A DNA stretch of 64,000 bases from Chlorokybus atmophyticus (Eukaryota; Plantae; Mesostigma and Chlorokybus algae). The translations under genes were made by a program, and so were the position numbers. How positions within the stretch are numbered: the stretch's first letter is position 1; every line of letters starts with the position of its first letter. Shown here piece by piece: positions 55,340 to 64,000 of this stretch. Below the pieces are notes generated by a model, which was given only the letters and a program-made list of their open reading frames with translations, was not told the origin of the DNA and did not search any database. The stretch spans positions 65,531 to 129,530 of the forward strand of contig RHPI01000671.1 in assembly GCA_009103225.1 (NCBI GenBank), read 5' to 3'.

Positions 55340-57790
55340 ATGCCCATGGAAACAAGGTCAGAAGCTGGTCTAAAGGCGCTTAAAGTCCCCTTGAAGGAGA
55401 GAAAAGAGGTGCCCGAGAAGGAGGTGCCTACTTCCCCGAGCGAAGGAGACTTCGAGGACGAGCCAGCTGGTGACAAGGAAGACCACGAGGATGTTGAGGA
55501 GGTTGAGAAGGAGGAGCTAGATATGATGGACACTTTGTCGAAGACGGAGATGGAGGGTGCACGCACGCGTTTCAGCGGTCATTCGGCACAACACATTGGA
55601 GCTACAAGACTTCAATAATAGGCTCGAGTGTCGCATAATCAGCTGGTCGGCACGTGACAAGTCATGGAGTGAGCACAAAGCATTGAAGATGATGCCCGAG
55701 TTCTTGGAGGATGAAGCTTTAGGCACGTGAAGGGAGGTCAAGAGGAAGTTGGAGGCACGAGAGGAGGTGTGTAGAGCTGATCATGCAGCTGAATGTGAGA
55801 AAGAGTGGGCCAAAGTGCAGCCCACGAAGGAGTGCATGGTGGTGTTGACGTATCGTCGATTGCGTATCTGTCGACGTATCCGCAATCGACGCCGGCAAAG
55901 ATGATAGAGCTGATGTACTTCAAGCGCAAGGATGGTGAGACTCCACACATGATGTACACGAGGATGGTGAAGTTGTTGGAGGACACGGAGGATGAGGTTG
56001 TGGCTAACAAGATGGCGGCGGTGCTGTACTTGCGTGCGTTGGAGGATGGCTTGAGGGAGGCGGTGCAGACCGTGTTGCGAGGAGCACATCAAGGCGCAAG
56101 CTACACGCTTCGTGACGTCTTCAGTTGCAGTCGAGAACGCCCAGTGGCGGCAAGAGTATGAGAAGAGCATTGGCTAGATGGCGGAGGGCATGGCGACGCA
56201 GCTGTCGGGAGGTACAAGCGCAACGATGCTGGTCGGCGTGATGGAGGGTGAGCTACAGTCACCAAGTCAGCCCCGGGGAGGAGTGTGGTGGTTGCGAACG
56301 GCGTTGCCATGAGTGCACGGCATAAGGAGCAGCAAACAGGAGTGTGTTGGAGGTGTGGATAGGCCGGACACATAGCCAAGTATTGTGCAAAGAGGCAAGG
56401 CCTTCTGTGTTCGTTGTGGGAAGGCGGGCCATGATGACAATGCGTGTTGGAGCAAGCATCCGCACTTGCGCGCTGAGGTGCTGAGCGGCAAGACGATGAC
56501 CAGGCAAGCACATTCAGCTCAAGCGGGAAGCTCACAAAGCCATGCGGAGCTGGCGCGTGCAAGTGAGGTGTCCGCGCCCGTTGCCGAGGTGGCGGAGTTG
56601 AAGGCGCTGGCGGGGCTGCGCTCGCAGGCGGAAGGCAAGCAAAGGGTGTCCGACAGGAGAAGGATGATGATGATGGAGGTGCCTACGCGTACTTGGCGTA
56701 TAGCGTGGCGTGGTGCAGCCCGATGACGGCTGCGGCAGCTACGGGGACTGCGCGGGCTGCGCCACCACCTACAGCGGCGGTATCGCCCTACATGCAAGGC
56801 AAGGGGTCCCGCGTTGCAGCCTCGAAGGTTTATAAAGTTGCTGGGGGTCATGAGGAAACTGTTTACACCAGCTGGTGCACGTTCACACGCGGTATCGGCA
56901 CCATTGACGGCGACGGCAGGAGGCCATGCACCTGCGCCAGCCATGAAGGTCACCTTCATGGCTGGCGCAGCGCCGACAACGCCGACATGGTGTCGGCGTT
57001 GTCGGCGTCGACATTGCCTTCGATGAGGAGGTTTGTGAGTGTGGAGCAGCATGAAGGCATGCGTATCGATGTGAAGAATGATGTGGATAAGGGCAAGATG
57101 CAGTCCATGAAGGGTTTGGCAAGTTGGTTGGAGACAGCGAGTGCGCATGTTAGCCCAGCATGTGCGCGCGTCATGAAGGTGCCAACGGCGGATGCAAGTG
57201 CAGTCCATGAGCTGGCGGGAACGCTTCGCTATCAGCCATGTTGACGCTGAAGGATGTCGGATGTACTTTGGAGCGTTTGGAGTGCATGTTGGGGCACGCG
57301 ACAGCCGATGCAATTACGCAAGTCACTTCCGATTGCGAGGCAAATGTGAAGAGTGAGAAGGAGTTTGAGGCAGTCATTTATGAGGAAATGGAGCTTCATG
57401 GAGTGACGGATGGTGAGCAAGAGCTGGAGGTGGAGGTGCCGATGGTGGAGGTGACAAACGGCATGCACATGGAGGTGGTGAAAGAGCCGGTGCAGCTGGA
57501 CTTGTCGGCGGCGTTGTCGAGACCAACGGCGAGGCTTCATGTTGTTACAACGGTGGCAGCGGTGGACAACACACATGGTCATGTGCAGCTGATGGGTACA
57601 CACCGGAGTGCGTGCTCGTGGACACATGTGCACAACCGGTGATACTTGAAGAGAAAGCGGCGGCGCGCATGGCGTTGCAGTCAACGGATTGGGGGCCATG
57701 TCCGTGGCATCTCAAGACAACTGGAGGAGGGTTTGAGGCCGTGTTTGTAGTGACATTGAAGCTCGTGCAGATCCAGTTGATGCGCGCTTG
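55340..57790 (+). mobile_element. Decayed LTR-retrotransposon remnant (Ty3/gypsy-like gag plus aspartic protease; no RT or integrase seen)
   Basis: Gag-like FKRKDGETPHMMYTRMVKL, two CCHC knuckles (CWRCG-stop-AGHIAKYC at 56345-56386; CVRCGKAGHDDNAC at 56406-56447), protease-like VLVDTCAQPVIL at about 57612-57650 (DTG mutated to DTC), many stops and frameshifts, and no introns. Confidence 0.75.
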
Positions 57791-58101
57791 TTTGTGAGTT
57801 TCATATCATATGTATGTACGCTTGTGGGGCAGCTTCGGGAGTCTCCTGAGCTAGCATACATGCATGGAGGAAGCTACAACGTGTGAAGATGGAGAAGGTG
57901 CAGCATCATGAGACCATGACGAGCTGGACGACATCCTCCAGCAATGACGGGAGATGGCACGACAATGGCGTAGGGTTTTAACATCACGGCAATTCAATGC
58001 TGAAACGAGCAAGTGTTTATGAAACCTGTATTGCACTGCTTGACCGCGTGATCGATATTAATTACAACTGCCTCACAACTATTGTATGCACCCCCGAAGC
58101 A

Positions 58102-58139
58102 ATTGCGCAAGGAGCGAAACATTGCGCTCCTTGCGCAAT
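58102..58139. repeat. Perfect 15-bp inverted repeat with 8-nt loop
   Basis: ATTGCGCAAGGAGCG-aaacattg-CGCTCCTTGCGCAAT. Confidence 0.95.
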
Positions 58140-58375
58140 ATTTTGATTCACATACGCACGGCGTGTGATTATAAGAGATATCATGTGTTGGAGTGGCAGT
58201 GCTCAAGTAGCGCCTACCACATTGCATGTTGGATGGATATACAGCATGACTTCTGTAGTCCATAATGATGCCTTGCGTTGTGCCAGTAGAGGCGCGTGAA
58301 CTGTTTTGAACGCAACAAGCTCACAGAGTGTAATTTTCGCGTACTATTATATAGGCGTTCCAGTACATTGGTGTG

Positions 58376-58434
58376 AGTGCCGTGTGCCGTGCATGTTTGC
58401 ATCACAAATGCAAACATGGGTGGCACACGGCACT
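58376..58434. repeat. Long hairpin: 13-bp stem, 3x3 internal loop, 11-bp stem, 5-nt loop
   Basis: AGTGCCGTGTGCC-gtg-CATGTTTGCAT-cacaa-ATGCAAACATG-ggt-GGCACACGGCACT. Confidence 0.95.
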
Positions 58435-58440
58435 TATAGC

Positions 58441-58514
58441 ATAATGTATAAACGTTTTATAATATAATATATCGGATATAATGTATAAACGTTTTATAAT
58501 ATAATATATCGGAT
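58441..58514. repeat. Perfect 2 x 37-bp AT-rich tandem repeat
   Basis: Unit ATAATGTATAAACGTTTTATAATATAATATATCGGAT occurs twice. Confidence 0.95.
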
Positions 58515-58619
58515 ATATAATTTGCATCCATGCTTTGCTTGTTATAAATCCAATCAACTAACAACTATCGAATTGTTCATTCGCTGCTGCTCTTACATGT
58601 TGGTTGTATTGTTTCGTAG

Positions 58620-59875
58620 GGATATCATGATCTATAAAACAGTTGACGAATCAAAAGCCTGCGGGGGTGAGTGGGTGTGTCAACCGCACACTGTACTTGT
58701 GCTGCTATGCTTACAGGTTGCACGAACATTATGGTTATTGCGGCCTGCGGTTGACACATGCAGCTCATATAAATACTTCATGTGCAAGAAGATGTAGATT
58801 ATTAAACTGGCCGCCGTAATCAAGAAGCTTAGCGCTGCTGATATAATTGAAGTTTGTACTATTTTTGTACTACACTACTTGGTGCACTCCGTCCCTGTAG
58901 TGCTTGTTGGGTTCGCACCCACCCAACATGAGAGAACGTGGTCCTTGTATTTTGCTTGTTTAAGGGTGACAAGTCGTAGAGGCTCATCATGCTGCCACCA
59001 GGCTAAAGCTCATCCTCAAGAGATGAACAGGCAATTGGACAAGCTCAAAGATGAAGCTGCCGCTCTCAAACAATTTGAACAGCGGCCAAGGTGAGGAGTG
59101 TCTCATGGAGATGCTTGGATTTGAGTACCTCAGGAGTACTCCTAAATGCTTGCCCAACCACCCAACAAGTTACAAGCAGCATTAATTCTGAATGTGTTGA
59201 CGCTTATCGCTTTATTTTCATGCGGGCTGATTTGCTGCGAGAGCTCTCCTCGAGGCCATGGTGCTTCACAAGGATCTCACGTCCAAGCGCGAGGCGCTGC
59301 TCCAGGTTGGTGGTGTGGGTTCCGCACCCGTCTCTGGCATCGATGACGCCTTGGCAAAACTTACAAGTACTTTTGAGACCGTACCGAAGGTGGTGTAGAA
59401 GCTGCAACGCTCTGAGGTGTGTGTCAGATATGCGTGCATGTGTGTGCGAGCTTACGTGTGCGTTCGCGTGTTGTACATGCGCGCATGTGTGTGTAAGTTT
59501 GGAGTTTATGCGCAGGATGCAACCAAGCAGAAATACACTGAGCACGGCATCCCCTTCGACTTTAACATCGAGAAGGTTGTACAACGCACATCCTCCAAAG
59601 CTGCAAAAGCGTACTTGCGGCGGGTCTTTAACGAAGTCACAAGTAATACAAACACACAACTTCACAAAGCATACAACGTATGCAGTCTGTCCCGTATTAA
59701 AACACACGTGTGGCTACCTTTGCTCTCAGCTGGCAAATGCAGTCAAGAGAAGGCCTCCTCCCTGCTTGTCTTTGCCGTGCGCTTTACATTTCAAGTGCAA
59801 CAATTTGCTAGCGGCCTCGACAAGGACACGAACGCTTTCGCAGAAGTCAGCGTGATGCTGGAGGAGGTAGTCTAA
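58620..59875 (+). pseudogene. Pseudogenised tandem duplicate of the CHUP1-domain exons of the 48588-53871 gene
   Basis: Exon and intron homology to about 52380-53871, with a premature TAA at 58803, a TAG at 59396, an 11-nt frameshifting insertion near 59255 and loss of the WPE motif. Flank homology continues to about 60290. Confidence 0.9.
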
Positions 59876-61305
59876 AATGCTTCCAAAGAACATCAGCATA
59901 AGTAATGCAGCTGGTGACTTTCCTGACTTTGACTCACGCGCGTGCTTCGAAGTTGTGTATGGTAGTGTATAGAGGTGTTTATACTATCATTAGTGCCACA
60001 ATTGAGACTTGAAGTGTAATTGGTTCAGTATTGCTGCAAATGCGGTCGTGGCTATCCTAGTTTCCGCACGTTATGTTAATATGTATCACCATAGTTGCTG
60101 CTTGAGTGAGCACCCTGTCGCTCCTCAAAGCACCTGTTTATCAGCTAGCATATGATATGAAAGAGGATGCAGTATGTGGAGCTCCAGTTGGGACTAATGA
60201 TAGTTGCCAACACTTGCACTGTTGTGTGCTGCATTAGCTGCGCAAACGGGAGTGATCACAGCTGCCGGACCACACCCTGCTTTGCTCTGTCTTCTTCCCT
60301 TGCTAAGGTGTGCAGTAGCTCTGACCGGGCGCAAATGTCTCTATCAAGCTACTGACATTTTCAATTGCAAAGTAGTATGTTAGCTTTACCCTGGGCCGTA
60401 TGTCATGTTCGAAGCTGTACAGAAAATGCGTGCCATCTATAGGGTATGCATCGTAGTCATCCCACAAACATGCTCATTTGCACACAAGAACAACTCACCA
60501 ACACCAACACCAACAGAAATATTACAGCCGATGTGTGTGTGCCTCGCGCAGCTAGCCATTGGCCTGAGTTTGCTTGTCAGCAACTTTTATGATGGTTATG
60601 TGGATCTGTTTTAACCGAGCTAACAGTAAATGTATCAGTCAATTAGCAGCAACACACTGTAGCACCGATGTACATTTCCAATGTTACATTCAGCAGCAGG
60701 ATGATGGACGAAGGTGGTGATGGATATATATGATTATATACTACAAGTAGCAGCAGCAGATGTGTTGTGACTATGCCACTGCGGCGACAAAGGTTTCTTT
60801 AAGAAGTTGCCTAGACAACATTATCATTCAAACAGGAGTATTGCCAATGCGTGGTTTGAATATAATCAGCGTACTATGTTGCACTTATCCTCATGCACAC
60901 GATAACATTCACTTTAGAAACAGATATAACCACACTCAGCATGCTCATTTTGGGCAGAATGATTTGTGACAACCTACTTTCTTACCCAGTTGCAAGCGTC
61001 ACTGTTGCATAACTAGCAATATCATCACTCTCACCGCATTGCAAACATCCACAACACGTTCACAAGATATACTGGCACACGTCACAAAATTTGCATTATT
61101 GGCGCACTATGTCGCGACTCTAGCGTACAGCGCTGCCTACCTGCCTGGCTTATGTTGCCACAATCTCTGTCACACACATACTAGCCCTAGAGTTACACAA
61201 TGTGTATCCCCTACCCATACCGCGGCATCCATCCCTTCTCTCACCCCCGCAACTTCCCTATTCCGTTACACTATGCATTACACTTACACGCTCTTCCTAC
61301 CACAC

Positions 61306-62697
61306 CTACACCAATCCAACCCTCCGCACAAACTTATCATCCGCAACGTAGACGAACCTCTCATCCCTGGAAATGTCCAAGTCCCTGATGCTCTGAAACC
61401 TGGCCGCCTTACCTCCACCATCACGGTGACCCGCACTACCATACAATCCCGCCAGGTTGGTGTTGGAGCCTGTGCCCATGTAGAGGACTTGCACAGTCTG
61501 ATAGTTGGCGAAGGTGGTGCCGATGATGGCCTTAGTGCCGCTGCGGGTGAAACGGAGGCAGAAGGGGTACTTGAGGGTGGCGGCGTTGACACCCTCCACC
61601 TCAGCGCAGGCGCCGGTAGAGGCGTCCACGCATGTAAGCTCGTTCATGAACTGGTCGGGAGTGAAGACGTACTTCTCGTCGGGGGACAAGTCCACTTGAC
61701 CCTGCAGTACATTAGAAAAAGGTGAGAGGGAAGTCCCATGCAAGCACAAACTGCATGTACAAACATCCGCAGAGAGAGAGATACAAAGAGAGAGAGAGCA
61801 GTGCAATGCTTACACGTCAATGCATGCACTCATGCAATGACATGCACGCAGATGCCAAAACCATCCTTGCCTGGCAGTCGAAGTCGCTCTGGGTGAGTCG
61901 CACAGCCTTGCCAGTCGCTGGGTACAGCTTCAGCAACGCCTTATCCGCGGTGTACGACACATAGATGATCTTCTCATCCTTGGTCACAGTCAGCGACAAG
62001 AAACCCATAGGTCGTGATGGCCTGTAGACAGTCCTCACGACGCTGCTGGATAGGTCAATCGCCCTCACGGCGTTGTTCACGACGTCAAGGAGGTAGAGTG
62101 TGTACCCGCTGTAGCTCAGAACCAGCTGGGTAGGCAAGTTGAAGCGAGCGGATGAACCCTTGCCGTCAGCGAAACCGGCTTGGTTCGGTGAGCCAGCGAT
62201 GATCCTGGTGAATCCTGTGAGGGGAGGAGTATCAGTAAGCAGGTGGGTGACAGTGAGTGATTGGTTTGAAAAGAGTGAGAGAATGTGTGTACCGTCGGAG
62301 AGACGGATGTATTTGATGCAGTTGAGGTCTGAGACGTAGACGCCAGCGCCGGACTTGTCAGCAGCGACACCGTAGACGCGGCTGAGGCCATACGACTTGA
62401 TGGTGGTCACAATGCCTGAGTGTAATAGTATGGGTGAGAAAAGAAGACAGAAGAGAGCTGAGAACTCAGCTATAGCACACAAGCAGTGCAAGCTCACGCA
62501 CAAGGCATTCATTATTCAATAATGTAGGACGGCGCTCAAGGCAATGCATGCAAGCAGTTGACTTCAACGCAAGACATTGTCACCAGAGAATGTATTTGTG
62601 TGTACAGCATGTGTGTACCAGGGGTGGCGGAGCAGGAGGACGCGAGCAGGAAGAGGGCGGCAGCAAGGACTGGCAGCATGGCGTGGACCCTTGCCAT
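61306..62697 (-). CDS. Secreted NHL-repeat beta-propeller protein
   Basis: Signal peptide MARVHAMLPVLAAALFLLASSCSA; NHL motifs IAGSPNQAGFADGKGSSARFNLPTQL and AGHRDGGGKAARFQSIRDLDIS; four exons; stop at 61306-61308. Confidence 0.9.
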
Positions 62698-64000
62698 TAT
62701 GAGCGAGTGTGTGTGTGTGTTGCAGCAGCTGTGAGAGAGAGTCAAGCAGAGCTGAAGGTCAGTCTCGCTCACTCACACAAATACCGCTTCTACACAACAT
62801 ACACAATGCGCTACCACCGGCGATGCACTGTCAACAGCTTTTGAGTCTATTGTGTCATTCCACACTGTATATATACCACCCCACCCCGCCGGCTGCTACT
62901 GGCGCGCAGGCGTCGGTTGTTGCCAGGAGTGAATTTCCCGCAATTTAAATATCTGATAAATCTCTGTCGCCCTCTTGTTGCTAACTGGCAATGGCGCACT
63001 GCATGACAATGTGTATGTGTACATACAGGCACATGCTGTGGCCATTGATACATGTACGGCAGCAACGGTGTTTGCTCCCCAACACCCCCTGCCGACCCCA
63101 CATCATGTACAGCACGTGCAGCCATCTTGTTGCAAACAATGTTGTGTAGGCCTATTAGTTCAACTTCACATGCCACCAATAGGCCTACAGCATTGTGAGC
63201 CGAGATTTACCATCCGCCGCTTTTACCCAATTATGCATTGTGCCAACTGAGCCCCCAGCTCATCATCAGACACAGGACCACAGCTTTTGGCGACGGCATA
63301 CATGTGGCGTCTTGGCGGAGGTGAGCCACCTCCCTCCTAGGTTGTGCTTGCCTTGAATTCCATTCCATAACGTGATGGATTGTAATATAACTTCTTGCAA
63401 GGCATGCTAGGCTGTGACAGCAAGACAGGCAATGCTGTAGGGCTTGCTCTGACAATCTCTCGTCGGTTGGACGAAGTCTGTCTCCGTCGCTGATCGTCGC
63501 TGATCGTTCCTTGGTGACGAACGGAAAGCGACAAAGAGATGACATCGCCACGTGGCGTTGGGCGTCGCCGTTGTGCCAGCACTTTGTGGCAGCAACGGCG
63601 GTCGGTTACCGGTACTCTGTGAACATACCGGTTGGGTAATTACCTGCTTGTGCATCGTCGGTTAGCGGACTCGTTACAGACAGCTCGTAGTAGAAGTCAT
63701 GACGGGCATGTTGAGCCAAAGCCTAGTTTGGGCCAGCGATTGCAGGCCCCAATGTGGGGCGCAGCTGAAGCCTCACATGGCAGAGGGTTGGAAAGGCAGA
63801 CTTTGTGTCTAGCCTACACTGTACCGGCTAACCTTGTGGGAAAGTGGTTAACCGCTGATTAGCACGCACTGAAACGGCTTCTGCGACGGTTTAAAGTCGC
63901 CGTTGAATTTGCCTCCCAACTAGCGACGTGCGGCTGCCAAGTGGCGGGAACTCCTTCGATGGCGCCAAGTTACGTTCCGCCGTACTAGTTCGGACACAAT

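Noticed and set aside
54200-58440. Search for LTR pair, primer-binding site and target-site duplication around the gag-protease remnant
   Set aside because: No matching direct repeats or tRNA-complementary site found by eye, so the element boundaries are not claimed.
63231-63862. ORFs upstream of the NHL gene at the window end
   Set aside because: No motifs. The region looks promoter-like (GGCGGGAA, CCGTTGAAT) for a gene outside the window.

Overview
Intron-rich eukaryotic nuclear DNA from a green-lineage organism. A CHUP1-family domain, a BELL-like TALE homeobox, DUF177, an RPA1C/E-type RPA70 and telo-box/E2F promoter motifs suggest an early-diverging streptophyte alga (inference). About 14 intact multi-exon genes were assembled by hand from the ORF track and GT/GC-AG splice sites, mostly in head-to-head pairs: SSADH/ICT1(ArfB-like), DSN1-like/NDUFAF7, EFG1/UBP14, UBC27, DUF177/TALE homeobox, an unknown hairpin-membrane protein/RPA1, DUF1624/ankyrin protein, a large MIT-MIT-polyproline-CHUP1-domain gene and a secreted NHL-repeat protein. 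The window also holds a decayed gag-protease LTR-retroelement remnant, two strong hairpins, a 37-bp tandem duplication, a pseudogenised tandem copy of the CHUP1-domain exons and two assembly gaps. The most striking item is the gene at 48588-53871. Its exons join in phase to give two MIT (ESCRT-III-binding-type) domains, a basic amphipathic motif, a formin-FH1-like polyproline tract, acidic-Trp motifs and the plant-specific CHUP1 actin-nucleating C-terminal domain. I do not know this architecture from characterised proteins; it could couple ESCRT-III to actin assembly. All gene models and family calls are by eye, without database searches, so exon edges and start codons are provisional.
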